Shown one piece after another: positions 26,935-37,032 of a stretch of 64,000 nucleotides of DNA (position 1 is its first letter; each line of letters begins with the position of its first letter). The notes under the pieces were generated by a model. That model did no database searches, was not told the origin of the DNA, and worked only from the letters and a program-made list of their open reading frames with translations. Source of the stretch: Ruminococcaceae bacterium UBA6416 (lineage in GTDB: Bacteria; Bacillota; Clostridia; Oscillospirales; Acutalibacteraceae); contig DJPI01000010.1 in assembly GCA_002438505.1 (NCBI GenBank), positions 24,487 to 88,486 on the forward strand, written 5' to 3'. A program made the position numbers and the translations under genes.

Positions 26935-27160
26935 CAAAGGCTATGACTGAAAAGAGTAACCAGCCAAAAGCGCTCAGAGAGGGAGGCGTATTGCTGAAAG
27001 CTTCCTGCGTTCTTTTTCGGGTGAAGACATTCACGAGCCGGCTTTTATGCCCGTCTGCCGCGTTAAGGCTTTTGAGCGGGGCGCATTGGCGTCCAATCTG
27101 GGTGGTACCGTGGAGCGTTGCTTCATCCCTGAAAGTATGGGTGAAGCGGCGCTTTTTTTA
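26935..27160 (+). promoter_or_regulatory. T-box leader (tRNA-sensing riboswitch) with terminator, upstream of hisS-aspS
   Basis: Conserved T-box sequence aatctGGGTGGTACCGtgg at 27095..27113. AGAGA-type element at 26975..26985. AGUA/GAA specifier-loop elements. Terminator hairpin 27114..27152 plus T7. Confidence 0.8.
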
Positions 27161-27195
27161 TCATATAAACAACTAAACACATATCGGAGGTAAGT

Positions 27196-28545
27196 ATGGC
27201 ACTTATTACAAAATCAATCAAGGGCACTCAGGACGTTCTTCCGTCTGAAAGCCACAAAGTCCGCTTTGTTGAGCAGACCGCTCTTGAAATTGCAGGGAAC
27301 TGCGGCTTTCGTGAAATCAGAATTCCTGTTTTTGAACACACTGAGCTTTTTCAGCGCGGAGTTGGTGACACAACCGATGTTGTTCAAAAAGAAATGTATA
27401 CCTTCCTTGATAAAGGCGGCCGTTCAATAACTCTGCGTCCTGAGGGTACGGCAGGCGTTGTTCGTTCATATCTTGAAAACGGACTTTCCAATGAACCAAT
27501 GCCGCAGAAGCTTTGCTATCTTGTTTCCTGCTATCGCTATGAAAAGCCGCAGGCAGGCAGATTGCGCGAGTTCCATCAGTTCGGCCTTGAATGCATCGGA
27601 ACCGCCTCTCCGGCCGCGGACGCCGAGGTCATCAGCGTTGCAAACGATATTTTTAACTATCTCGGAATTACCGGCCTGAAGCTTGAAATCAACTCCATTG
27701 GCTGTCCGGAATGCCGTAAGGAGTATCACAAGGCGCTGCATGATTACTTTGAAAGCAGAAAAAGCGAGCTTTGCAACACTTGCCTTGAAAGGCTTGACCG
27801 CAACCCAATGAGAATTCTTGACTGCAAAAGTCCCGTCTGCTCGGAAATTGCAAAGGGCGCACCCAAGGTTCTTGATTTTCTCTGTGATGACTGCAAGGCG
27901 CATTTTGAGTCGGTTCAAAGCTATCTCAAGGCAATGGGAATTGAGTTCACGGTCAATCCGACAATCGTCAGAGGGCTTGATTATTACACAAGAACCGTTT
28001 TTGAGTTTGTTTCAACCGGAATCGGAGCTCAAGGCACGGTTTGCGGCGGCGGACGCTATGACGGCCTTGTTGAAGAAATTGGCGGCGCCCATACGCCGGC
28101 GCTCGGTTTTGCAATCGGCATTGAAAGGCTTATGCTGCTCATGGAAAGTCTGAAGCTTCCGTTCCCGGAGAGTTCAAAGTGTGAGCTGTATATTGCAACA
28201 ATGGGTGAAAAGGCAAGCCTTGAAGCGGCAAAAATTGCATCCGCACTCAGACATGAGGGCTGTGAGGTTCAATATGACGTTGTCGGACGCTCGGTCAAGG
28301 CGCAAATGAAATATGCAAACAAGCTCGGCGCGGCGTTCACCGTTGTTCTTGGAGACAGCGAACTTGAAAGCGGTGTTGTCAGACTCAAGAATATGGAAAG
28401 CGGAGAGGAAACCGAGGTTGCGCTTGAAAGTTTTGAAGAAGCGTTCATGCGCGCTTCCTTGAGCGAAAGCCTGAAGGGACTTGAAGACCTCGGTGTTGAC
28501 ACGGACATTGACATTGAAGAACTTATGAAAAGCAAATTATTCTAA
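27196..28545 (+). CDS. hisS: Histidyl-tRNA synthetase
   Basis: Class II aaRS motifs (RPEGTAGVVR, YRYEKPQAGRLREFHQ, GGGRYDGL). Confidence 0.95.
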   Translation: MALITKSIKGTQDVLPSESHKVRFVEQTALEIAGNCGFREIRIPVFEHTELFQRGVGDTTDVVQKEMYTFLDKGGRSITLRPEGTAGVVRSYLENGLSNEPMPQKLCYLVSCYRYEKPQAGRLREFHQFGLECIGTASPAADAEVISVANDIFNYLGITGLKLEINSIGCPECRKEYHKALHDYFESRKSELCNTCLERLDRNPMRILDCKSPVCSEIAKGAPKVLDFLCDDCKAHFESVQSYLKAMGIEFTVNPTIVRGLDYYTRTVFEFVSTGIGAQGTVCGGGRYDGLVEEIGGAHTPALGFAIGIERLMLLMESLKLPFPESSKCELYIATMGEKASLEAAKIASALRHEGCEVQYDVVGRSVKAQMKYANKLGAAFTVVLGDSELESGVVRLKNMESGEETEVALESFEEAFMRASLSESLKGLEDLGVDTDIDIEELMKSKLF

Positions 28546-28568
28546 TTAAATTACCAGAGGTGTAAAAA

Positions 28569-30353
28569 ATGGATACAATGACAGGACTCAAAAGAACCGG
28601 CTATTGCGGTTCATTCAGCGCAAAGAATATCGGCGAGACCGCCGTTGTCTGCGGCTGGGTGCAAAAGCAGCGTGACCTCGGTTCGCTCATTTTTATTGAT
28701 TTGCGAGACAGAACGGGAATTGTTCAGCTTGCTTTTGACGACCACACGGAAAAGAGCGTTTTTGAAAAGGCGTTCACCGTTCGCAGCGAGTATGTTTTGA
28801 TGGCAAAAGGTGTTGTTCGTGAACGCTCCTCAAAGAACCTTGACATCCCGACGGGTGAAATTGAAATTGACGTTTCAGATTTGCGCATCCTCGGCGAGAG
28901 CGAAACGCCGCCGTTTGATATCATTGAAAACTGCCCGACGAGTGAGCTGACAAGACTCAAATACCGTTATCTTGACCTGCGCCGCCCGGATCTTCAAAGG
29001 AATATCCTCATGCGCCACAGGATAACAAAAATCACGCGCGATTATTTTGACGAAAACGGCTTTGTTGAAATTGAAACTCCGATGCTTATCAAATCAACGC
29101 CCGAGGGCGCAAGAGACTTCCTTGTTCCCTCAAGAATCCATAAGGGCAGCTTTTATGCTCTTCCGCAATCACCGCAGCTTTATAAGCAGCTTTCAATGGT
29201 TGCCGGCTTTGACCGCTATATGCAGATTGCGCGCTGCTTCCGCGATGAGGATCTGCGCGCCGACCGCCAGCCCGAGTTCACTCAAATTGATGTTGAAATG
29301 AGCTTTGTTGAAATGGAGGACGTCCTTTCAATGATTGAGGGCTTCATGAAGAAGCTGTTCAAAGAAGCGCTCGGCGTTGACATCAACGAAAAGCTTCCGC
29401 GTTTGACATATAAAGAAGCAATGGAGCGTTACGGTTCCGACAAGCCGGATACGCGCTACGCGATGGAAATTTTTGACCTTGCCGATGAGGTTAAGGACTG
29501 CGGCTTCGGCGTGTTCTCCTCCGCCGTTAAAAACGGCGCAAGGGTTTGCGGAATCACCGCCAAAAAAGCATACTCTGTTCTCACAAGAAAAGAGATTGAC
29601 AAACTCACTGAGTTCGTCAAAGGCATTGGCGCAAAGGGCATTGCCTGGATAAGATATGCCGAGGACGGAACGGTTGCTTCATCTTTTGCAAAGTTCATGA
29701 CCGAGGATGAGCTTAACGCAATCAAAGAAAAAGCCTCTGCCGAAAACGGAGACGTTGTTCTCATCATTGCGGACAAGGAGCGCGTCACCCTCCCCGTTCT
29801 TGGTGCGCTGCGCCAGAACATTGCAAAGAAGCTCGGCATCATTCCGCAGGACAAATATAATCTTTTATGGATCGTTGAATTCCCGTTCTTTGACTGGGAT
29901 GATGAGCTTGGCCAGTTTGTTGCAATGCACCACCCGTTCACCGCTCCGCTTGAGGAATGTCTGCCGTATCTTGAAAGCGACAAGGCAAACGTCAGAGCAA
30001 CCGCATATGACCTTGTTCTCAACGGAATTGAGCTTGCCAGCGGTTCAATCAGAATCACTGACCCCGAACTTCAGAAGAGGATTTTTGAGCTTCTCGGCCT
30101 TTCCGATGAAGAAGCATATGAAAAGTTCGGCTTCCTCACTGATGCGTTCAAATACGGCGCACCGCCGCACGGCGGCATCGGTATCGGCCTTGACAGACTG
30201 TGTATGCAGCTTATGCGCCTTGACACTCTGCGCGATGTCATTGCTTATCCGAAGGTTCAGAACGCGAGTGAGCCGATGACCGAATGCCCGGCTGTTGTTG
30301 ACAATGAGCAGCTTCTTGAGCTTGGCATTGAAACCGTTCAGGAAAATAAATAA
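28569..30353 (+). CDS. aspS: Aspartyl-tRNA synthetase
   Basis: OB-fold N-terminus (GWVQKQRDLGSLIFIDLRDRTG). QSPQLYKQ, FRDEDLRADRQPEFTQ and GIGLDRL motifs. Confidence 0.95.
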   Translation: MDTMTGLKRTGYCGSFSAKNIGETAVVCGWVQKQRDLGSLIFIDLRDRTGIVQLAFDDHTEKSVFEKAFTVRSEYVLMAKGVVRERSSKNLDIPTGEIEIDVSDLRILGESETPPFDIIENCPTSELTRLKYRYLDLRRPDLQRNILMRHRITKITRDYFDENGFVEIETPMLIKSTPEGARDFLVPSRIHKGSFYALPQSPQLYKQLSMVAGFDRYMQIARCFRDEDLRADRQPEFTQIDVEMSFVEMEDVLSMIEGFMKKLFKEALGVDINEKLPRLTYKEAMERYGSDKPDTRYAMEIFDLADEVKDCGFGVFSSAVKNGARVCGITAKKAYSVLTRKEIDKLTEFVKGIGAKGIAWIRYAEDGTVASSFAKFMTEDELNAIKEKASAENGDVVLIIADKERVTLPVLGALRQNIAKKLGIIPQDKYNLLWIVEFPFFDWDDELGQFVAMHHPFTAPLEECLPYLESDKANVRATAYDLVLNGIELASGSIRITDPELQKRIFELLGLSDEEAYEKFGFLTDAFKYGAPPHGGIGIGLDRLCMQLMRLDTLRDVIAYPKVQNASEPMTECPAVVDNEQLLELGIETVQENK

Positions 30354-30376
30354 AACTTTTTATTAACGCACTATTA

Positions 30377-30421
30377 ACAGATGTTAAATGTTCTTTGGAA
30401 TGTTTGACATCTGTTTGTTTT
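30377..30421 (+). terminator. Terminator after aspS, overlapping the next promoter
   Basis: aacagatgttaaa ... tttgacatctgtt stem plus T-rich tail. TTGACA in the 3' arm plus TATAAT 16 nt downstream form a promoter. Confidence 0.5.
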
Positions 30422-30494
30422 AAGCTATAATTAAAGTTAGCAGTGGGTACCCGGAACGCCCTTTGGGTTCCGGTGCTCAAAAAGAAGAGAAAAA

Positions 30495-31889
30495 ATGTTC
30501 AGAAAGGGGATCGTTATGATTTCATTCAAAAACTTCGGAAGGACGCTTCTTTCCGTTGTTGCTGCTGCTTTTTATGTTGTTCTTTCCTTTGTCAGTGTCG
30601 GCGGAGGAAAGCAGGAGCTTCCCGTAACGCCGAAAGACTTTGAACCGGTGATGCGCTTTGCCGTTTGCAGCGATGTTCACTTCAAAAACGACAATGAGCT
30701 TGAGGCCAAGGGTGAAGCGGCCGGCGAGGAATATGAAAAGTATCTTGAAGAAGTTGACGTTCCGCCGCAGAGGCTCACCGCACTGCTCAAAACGGCATAT
30801 GATTACTCCGAAAGCTATGACGGCTATAAGGGACTTGATGCAGTTGCCGTTGTTGGAGATTTCACAAACAAGGGCGCACCGGAGCAATACGAAGCATTCA
30901 ACAAGGTCTTTAAGGAAAACCTCAAGGCCGGAACGCAGAAAATTGTTTGCAGCGGAAACCATGAGTATTATCTGTACCGCAAAAATGACAGAACCGAGGG
31001 CTCGTGCGTTTATGAAAAATATGAGGGCAGTCTTAACAGTCATTATGTGATTAACGGCTATCACTTCATTTCCGTTTCATATGACGAAAAAGTTGAAACA
31101 TATCTCAAATCCGGTGCATGGCTCAAGAAGGAGCTTGACAAAGCCGTTGCAGACACGGGAGACAAGCCGATTTTTGTTTTTCAGCACCCGGCGCCGCTTT
31201 TGACAATTTATGGCGCAACAAAATGGGGCGACCCGGTGATTCCGGCAATCCTCAGCGCATATCCGCAGGTTGTTGACTTTTCTGGTCATTCGCATTATCC
31301 GATGAATGACCCGCGCTCAATCTGGCAGGGAACCTTTACCGCTCTCGGCTGCGGCTCACTTGCATATTTTGAAACCGAGCTTGACACCATTGCCGGAAAC
31401 TTCCCCGGCGATACCACTAAGGCTGCGCAGTATTATATTGTTGAAGCGGACAAGGACTGGAACCTCAGAATCCGGTCATATGACCTTCTCACAAGCCAGT
31501 TCTTCACCGAATATTATCTCACGGGTCTTGCCGAAAAGAACTATCCTTACTCATATCAAAACCTCAGACAGCATGACACCGCACCTGTTTTTGAAAACGG
31601 CGGAAACATGAAGGTTACACTTAACAAGAACGGTGAGAGCGTTCTCACTTTTGACGGAGCCAAGGCAAGGTTTGTTACCGAAAGCTATAAGGTTACTTTG
31701 AGCAGCGGCGCGAAAATTGTTGCCGAGGACAACTTCTCCGGAAAGTATATGTATCTTTTTGAAGATGACAAATATGAGGTCAACCTCGGAAAGCTTGAAA
31801 GCGGAAAAAAATACACCGTTTCCGTTTATGCGCTCAGTGCGTTTGCAAAGACTTCAAAGCTCTTGAATCTTTCCTTCACGGCTGAGTAA
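30495..31889 (+). CDS. Membrane-anchored calcineurin-like metallophosphoesterase
   Basis: N-terminal TM segment. Motifs CSDVHF, VVGDFTNKG, SGNHEY, GHSH. An alternative start is ATG 30516 (RBS AAGGGGA). Confidence 0.75.
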   Translation: MFRKGIVMISFKNFGRTLLSVVAAAFYVVLSFVSVGGGKQELPVTPKDFEPVMRFAVCSDVHFKNDNELEAKGEAAGEEYEKYLEEVDVPPQRLTALLKTAYDYSESYDGYKGLDAVAVVGDFTNKGAPEQYEAFNKVFKENLKAGTQKIVCSGNHEYYLYRKNDRTEGSCVYEKYEGSLNSHYVINGYHFISVSYDEKVETYLKSGAWLKKELDKAVADTGDKPIFVFQHPAPLLTIYGATKWGDPVIPAILSAYPQVVDFSGHSHYPMNDPRSIWQGTFTALGCGSLAYFETELDTIAGNFPGDTTKAAQYYIVEADKDWNLRIRSYDLLTSQFFTEYYLTGLAEKNYPYSYQNLRQHDTAPVFENGGNMKVTLNKNGESVLTFDGAKARFVTESYKVTLSSGAKIVAEDNFSGKYMYLFEDDKYEVNLGKLESGKKYTVSVYALSAFAKTSKLLNLSFTAE

Positions 31890-31900
31890 AACAAACAATC

Positions 31901-31938
31901 AAACCGCACGTTCGTCTTTTTGAACGTGCGGTTTTTGT
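31901..31938 (+). terminator. Intrinsic terminator
   Basis: aaaccgcacgttc ... gaacgtgcggttt stem followed by a T-run. Confidence 0.7.
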
Positions 31939-31978
31939 CATTCGCGCTTTCCTGACTGCATAAAGATTTAAAAGGCAG

Positions 31979-33034
31979 GTGAGAGCGGTGGTGTTCAGAA
32001 TCAAATATAAAAACGCAGTATTTCTCGGTCTTCTTTTTGCCGCAATCGGAATTGCCGTGGGGCTTGCTTTCTCTTTTGTTCAGGCAAAGGAGGAAAAGGC
32101 TGAGAAGGCATATATAAAATGGGTGGAGTTCAACGCAAGCCTCAATGCACTTGAGGACACAATGGAGCTTGACATTAAAACACATGATTCACTTTATCAT
32201 ATAAGCTGGATAGACTCACTTTCATATCTTGCGGTCAAAAACGGAAACAACTGGAGCGGATATAAAAAGAAAGACCTTCAAAAAATGCTTGATACACTCG
32301 GAGACAGCAATACCATTGAGGATCTTGTTGGAGAAAACAAGTATTATTCATATTATAAAGAGACGTTCACGGCGGTTCTCGGAGGTCTGCTTGGAGAATA
32401 TGAACGGCAGCTTCCGGACAAAAACGGCGGAAAAACCGCACGCTCCGGTTACGGCCTTGTTGCATACAGTCCGATTGCGGAGGGCTTCTCATACAGACAT
32501 TATGATGACTTCGGCTCCTCCCGTTCATATGGCTACCGCAGAAGTCACCTCGGGAATGACCTTCTCGGCAATGTTGGAACACCGATTGTTGCGGTTGAGG
32601 GCGGAGAGGTTGAGTGCATCGGCTGGAACCAATATGGCGGCTGGCGCCTTGGAATACGCTCGTTTGACAAAAAGCGCTCATATTATTACGCACACCTTCG
32701 CAAGGATCATCCGTATCACAAGGATATTAAGCAAGGCTCGCTTGTCAAGGCCGGGCAAGTGATTGGTTATATGGGAATGACCGGGTATTCAACCAAGGAA
32801 AACGTCAACGGAATGAGTGTTCCTCACCTGCATTTCGGCTTGCAGCTCATTTTTGATGAGAGTCAGAAGGAGGGCACAAACCAGATTTGGCTCGATGTTT
32901 ATAAGCTTGTCAAGCTGCTTTCAAGAAACCGTGCAACCGTTATCAAGGATGCCAAAAGCAAGGATTACTTCAGAAAGTATGACATCATTGACAAGCGCTA
33001 TCCGCAGGAACTGCAAAAGTTTTCGGTTGATTAA
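31979..33034 (+). CDS. M23-family (LytM-type) metallopeptidase with N-terminal TM anchor
   Basis: HLGNDL, GTPIVAVEGGEV, and GMTGYS...PHLHFGLQ match the HxxxD / HxH M23 motifs. Confidence 0.8.
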   Translation: MRAVVFRIKYKNAVFLGLLFAAIGIAVGLAFSFVQAKEEKAEKAYIKWVEFNASLNALEDTMELDIKTHDSLYHISWIDSLSYLAVKNGNNWSGYKKKDLQKMLDTLGDSNTIEDLVGENKYYSYYKETFTAVLGGLLGEYERQLPDKNGGKTARSGYGLVAYSPIAEGFSYRHYDDFGSSRSYGYRRSHLGNDLLGNVGTPIVAVEGGEVECIGWNQYGGWRLGIRSFDKKRSYYYAHLRKDHPYHKDIKQGSLVKAGQVIGYMGMTGYSTKENVNGMSVPHLHFGLQLIFDESQKEGTNQIWLDVYKLVKLLSRNRATVIKDAKSKDYFRKYDIIDKRYPQELQKFSVD

Positions 33035-33043
33035 TGCAAAAAG

Positions 33044-33080
33044 CAGCCGCACGCTCTTTTGAAGGGGTGTGCGGCTGTTT
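33044..33080. terminator. Bidirectional terminator between convergent genes
   Basis: cagccgcac ... gtgcggctg stem flanked by A-run and T-run. Confidence 0.6.
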
Positions 33081-33093
33081 AATTCACTCGGTT

Positions 33094-35334
33094 TCACCTC
33101 AGCGTCTGAACCTGAAGCGCGGAAACAAGCTCGGCCGAAAGCTTGTCAAGCTGCTCCTGAGACGGATTGGCACTGATTTTTTCAAGCTTTTTGTCATATT
33201 CGGCGTGCGTTGACTCGTCCGTTTTTGAAAGCAGATAATAGAACGTGTCAGTATAAATGCCCATATAAGGCGAAAAAGTTTTTTTGCCCCAGACCGCGCA
33301 GCCGTCTGAACTGTTTCCGGTGAAGCAGAGCGTACCCTCGGAAAGCTCCCTATCCCAGGCAAGAACGGGATAGATTGTAAATCTCTTTCCGTCAAGCTCA
33401 ATTTCAAACGAGTCATTATCTTTTTTTGAAAAATAAAGGTCGGAAAGTGCGCGTGAAGAGGCAATATCATTTTGACTTATCGTTACACCGTTAAAGAAGG
33501 AAACAACCTGTGAGCTGCTGCAGGAAAGGGCAGTGTAATCACTTTTATTCGCTCCTTTGTCAAAGACAACAACGTCCCAGTTTCCGAACATATGCTTCAT
33601 TGCAACGCCGTTTTCAATTTTCTCTCCGGCATACGGTTCGGGAACAAGAAGCGGACAGCCGCTTTTTGTCCACTTGATTTGGCGCAATTCAAGGCTCGGA
33701 AGCGCATCAACGGAAAGCTCCTTCCGGTTTGCCTCGGTCTGGCCGGCCAAGAGAGTTCCATCCGCCTTGAAATATAGCTGCGACTGGAAAGCCATTAGAT
33801 ATTTTCCGTCCTCGGTTTTGATGACGCACGGGCTTCCGGGTGAGGCTTTGCCGGTGCTTGTGTATGAAACTTTTCCGTTTCTGCTTTGAGTGAAGTTGTA
33901 ACCGGCAGCAAGAAGCTCGCCTTTTGAATACTGATTGAGCTTTTTTGAACCGGAAAATTCAGAAAGGCTGTTTCCGCTTTCGTCAAGATAAGGGCCGTCA
34001 ATTCTTTTGCTTTTTGCCGCCCTGATTTCATAGTTCTTTTCTTCAACTCCGTAAGTGAGGAAAAGATAGTAATATCCGTCATGACAGAAAATTTCAGGCG
34101 CACAAACAAGGCTTCCGTCATTTTTTGAAAGCGAGGGAACCGAGCCGGGCTTTGCAATCAAAACGCCGGTATGAAAATCGCGTCCGCCGTATTCATGAAC
34201 GGTAGAAATTTTTTCACCGGCAGAATTGAGGCTGCTGCTTGTTTTAAGAAGGCCAGTGTCTTTGTCAAGCTCAAGGAGATAGATGCCGCCGTTTATTGTG
34301 TCCTTACCGAAATACGAACCGTAGGCAAGATACATTTTTCCCTCATCAGTCAGGATAACTGACGGGTGAACGGCGTTGCTTTCATCGTAATGTGCTTTTT
34401 CGCTCTCCGTTTTTCCGTCTGAAAGCTTTTCACCTTTGTGATAGCCGCAGGTTGAAACAACAAGGCCGACTTCCGTCCACTTTTTGCTTTTGACAGAGGA
34501 CTCAAGGTCGTTTGTTGAAACGCAGAAAATTGCCGATTCATTCGCGTCTTGCGTTTTTGAAAGCGAAAAGTAAAGATAATATGTATCTCCGACTTTGACA
34601 ATGTCCGGCGCAAGGGGAGTTCTGTCGCAAAGAACGGAGGAGTAGGAAAGGCTGGTGCCGTATCCGTGAGCCTTTGACCAATTATAAACGCATTTAAACT
34701 GCGAAAAATCCATAACCTCGTTCGATTCGGCCGAAACGGGAGAGTCAAAATATGTTGTTCGGCTTGTCCAGTTGATAAGATCCTTTGAACGCGCAACTGC
34801 GTTGTCTGAGCCGAAGGCATAATAATATCCGCTCTTTTCGTCAAAGATTATGCTCGGGTCGCGGAAATTATAGGCTCCGGCAGAGCCGAGATACTCGGTG
34901 CTGCAAAGCGGAGAAATTTCCGGCTCATCCGGATAGTTGAGAGCACCGGTGCCGGTTTCGGCTTTCGGTCTTGTTCCCTTTTTAAAGGTTGCAATGACGT
35001 TGCTGTTCTTTTTAACCTTGAAGCGGTACTGGAGCATCCTCACATCGGCCGTGACATCGGCGCCGTTAACGGTGAGGGTGTCAAGCGTATAATATGAAGT
35101 TTCCGTGCGTTCGGGGTTGATGTTGATTGTCAGCGTTTCGTTCGCCTTGCAGGTGACGCGATACTTGCTGTCTTTTCCGACTGCCTCGGCATTGTTCACA
35201 CTGAGCATTCCGTGCTCATAGCTTTCGATAAAAACCTGATACTCAAAGCTGTGAATGAATTTGAAATATACACCGACAAGCGATGCAGCAAGCACCAGCG
35301 CAATGGAAAAAAACAAAAGGAATTTTTTAAACAT
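33094..35334 (-). CDS. Glycoside hydrolase family 43-like protein (membrane-anchored, multi-domain)
   Basis: N-terminal TM segment. YNFRDPSIIFDEKSGYYYAFGSDNAVARSKDLINWT resembles a GH43 beta-propeller blade 1. 746 aa. Confidence 0.6.
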   Translation of the reverse strand: MFKKFLLFFSIALVLAASLVGVYFKFIHSFEYQVFIESYEHGMLSVNNAEAVGKDSKYRVTCKANETLTININPERTETSYYTLDTLTVNGADVTADVRMLQYRFKVKKNSNVIATFKKGTRPKAETGTGALNYPDEPEISPLCSTEYLGSAGAYNFRDPSIIFDEKSGYYYAFGSDNAVARSKDLINWTSRTTYFDSPVSAESNEVMDFSQFKCVYNWSKAHGYGTSLSYSSVLCDRTPLAPDIVKVGDTYYLYFSLSKTQDANESAIFCVSTNDLESSVKSKKWTEVGLVVSTCGYHKGEKLSDGKTESEKAHYDESNAVHPSVILTDEGKMYLAYGSYFGKDTINGGIYLLELDKDTGLLKTSSSLNSAGEKISTVHEYGGRDFHTGVLIAKPGSVPSLSKNDGSLVCAPEIFCHDGYYYLFLTYGVEEKNYEIRAAKSKRIDGPYLDESGNSLSEFSGSKKLNQYSKGELLAAGYNFTQSRNGKVSYTSTGKASPGSPCVIKTEDGKYLMAFQSQLYFKADGTLLAGQTEANRKELSVDALPSLELRQIKWTKSGCPLLVPEPYAGEKIENGVAMKHMFGNWDVVVFDKGANKSDYTALSCSSSQVVSFFNGVTISQNDIASSRALSDLYFSKKDNDSFEIELDGKRFTIYPVLAWDRELSEGTLCFTGNSSDGCAVWGKKTFSPYMGIYTDTFYYLLSKTDESTHAEYDKKLEKISANPSQEQLDKLSAELVSALQVQTLR

Positions 35335-35361
35335 TTCAAAAAAAGCTCCTTCCGGGTATTA

Positions 35362-35922
35362 TTACTCAACCGTGAGAGAGGAAATAATGTTTGAATAAAT
35401 TGACACCGCGCCGGAGAAAAAGTTCTTTTTGACAATTTCAACCTGAGACGCATCCGCAACAAAAACCGTGAGACTCATCAGCTGAATCCCAACGTCGTTA
35501 ACGCGGAAGGTGACGTAATATCCGCCGTCCTTTTCCTCGGTAATAACATCACACTCGCTTTTGATTTTTTCGCGTGTAAGAACGGCGAGGGCGGCGCTGA
35601 CCGCTTTTTCGCGTATTGAGCGCGGAAGGGAGCGCTCAATGGTTGAAACCTCATATTTGGCTTTATGAGTGATTGTGAAGATTTCATCCTTTTCGCCAAG
35701 CTCGGAAAGGACGGTTCCGTTCTTAACAAGTTCATTAAGCGCCTCGTTGACCTCAAAGTAGTTGGCAATGGGGTACTCCTGAAGAATATCGTTAATCTGC
35801 GAGCGCGAAAGGCTACGGTCAACCATTTTGAGCAAATAGCACAAAAGCAGCTTAATCTCTGATTTTTCCCTGAGACCGCCGGGAGCAATGCCCTCGCTGA
35901 AAGTTTCGTTTTGCTGTTCCAT
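35362..35922 (-). CDS. DUF4364-like (PadR-like winged-helix) protein
   Basis: IKLLLCYLLKMVDRSLSRSQINDILQEYPIANYFEVNEALNELVKNGTV resembles the clostridial DUF4364 family, recalled from memory. Confidence 0.45.
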   Translation of the reverse strand: MEQQNETFSEGIAPGGLREKSEIKLLLCYLLKMVDRSLSRSQINDILQEYPIANYFEVNEALNELVKNGTVLSELGEKDEIFTITHKAKYEVSTIERSLPRSIREKAVSAALAVLTREKIKSECDVITEEKDGGYYVTFRVNDVGIQLMSLTVFVADASQVEIVKKNFFSGAVSIYSNIISSLTVE

Positions 35923-36127
35923 TGTTTGTAATCCTCCGAAAATGCCTTTGTCAGGTTTTTAGAATATATACAATTATATATATTTTAACACAAGAAAAAC
36001 ATAAAATAAAGACAAATGATAAAATTCATCCATATTTTCCGCGGCCGCTTGACAGAAAACGTGTATGCGTTTAAAATTAAGTAACTGCCGGTTAATTGAC
36101 ATAGATTCTGCTTCGGAGGGATTCTTA

Positions 36128-36832
36128 ATGACAAATAAATATTCAACCGTTCTTTTTGACGCCGATAACACACTATTTGATTTTGACATGGCGGAGCACC
36201 GCGCCCTTGAGCGCGCGCTGACTGAAGCCGGTGTGAACTTCACAGATGAAACAGCGGCTCTTTACAGCAAAATCAACCTTTCATACTGGCGTGCCTTTGA
36301 GCGCGGAGAGGTCACAAAAGCCGTTTTGCGCACGGCGCGGTTCAAGGATCTTTTTGAAAAAATCGGGTTTGAAAAAAAGGTCGACCTTTCCTCTCTTGCA
36401 GACAGCTATCTTTCCTATCTCGGAGAGGGAGCGTTCCTTCTTGACGGCGCGCTTTATCTTTGTCAAAGGCTTAAAGAGGAGGGCTATGAGGTTGACATAA
36501 TCACGAACGGAGTGACCGCAACGCAAAAAAGCCGCCTCAAAAAAAGCGGGCTTGACAAAATTGTTGACAAAGTGTTTATCTCTGAGGAGATAGGCGTTCA
36601 AAAGCCGTTTCCGGCTTTTTTTGAGTATGTTTTTGAAAATATTGACGAAAAGAATAAGGCAAGAATTGTTGTTGTCGGCGATTCATACGGCTCAGACATC
36701 AAAGGCGCGTGTGCGGTTGGGCTTGACTGCGTTTGGTTCAACCGGCTGAAAGAGGAAAATTCTCTTTCACTTCCGGTGACCAAGGAGATTGAAAGCCTCA
36801 GCGAGCTGTTTGAATTTTTTGGACTGGAGTGA
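36128..36832 (+). CDS. HAD-IA hydrolase (YjjG-like nucleotidase family)
   Basis: Motif I LFDADNTLFDF. TNG (motif II region). VGDSYGSDIKGA (motif IV). I prefer ATG 36128 (RBS GGAGGGA). Confidence 0.75.
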   Translation: MTNKYSTVLFDADNTLFDFDMAEHRALERALTEAGVNFTDETAALYSKINLSYWRAFERGEVTKAVLRTARFKDLFEKIGFEKKVDLSSLADSYLSYLGEGAFLLDGALYLCQRLKEEGYEVDIITNGVTATQKSRLKKSGLDKIVDKVFISEEIGVQKPFPAFFEYVFENIDEKNKARIVVVGDSYGSDIKGACAVGLDCVWFNRLKEENSLSLPVTKEIESLSELFEFFGLE

Positions 36833-36840
36833 AAAAACAA

Positions 36841-36871
36841 CGGCGGTCGGGTTCCCGGCCGCCGTATTTTG
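36841..36871 (+). terminator. Intrinsic terminator after the HAD gene
   Basis: cggcggtcggg-ttc-ccggccgccg hairpin followed by tatttt. Confidence 0.6.
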
Positions 36872-36981
36872 TGTCCTGCGCTTGTTACAGCCGATGGCGA
36901 AAGCAGACCGATGCTGTCATAGTAATGCAGTGTGCGCACACTGACGCCGGAAATTTTGCTGACTTCATGAATGGGCTTCAT
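36865..36981 (-). pseudogene. MerR-family regulator remnant (N-terminal HTH only, ~39 codons)
   Basis: A GGAGGG RBS then MKPIHEVSKISGVSVRTLHYYDSIGLLSPSAVTSAGH. Similarity stops where the frame runs into the HAD-gene terminator and then the antisense of the HAD CDS. Confidence 0.6.
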
Positions 36982-37032
36982 TCTCTTTCCCTCCTGTGCA
37001 AGAAAAGAATACACTATGACGCAACGTCAAAG

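Noticed and set aside
26465-27034. 189-aa minus-strand ORF.
   Set aside because: It is antisense to the unambiguous mgsA gene and to the T-box leader, with no RBS. It is a typical shadow ORF. The same reasoning applies to other long antisense ORFs, for example 20821..21582 opposite mreB, 53309..54070 opposite hydB, 3852..4523 opposite oppD and 29456..30058 opposite aspS.
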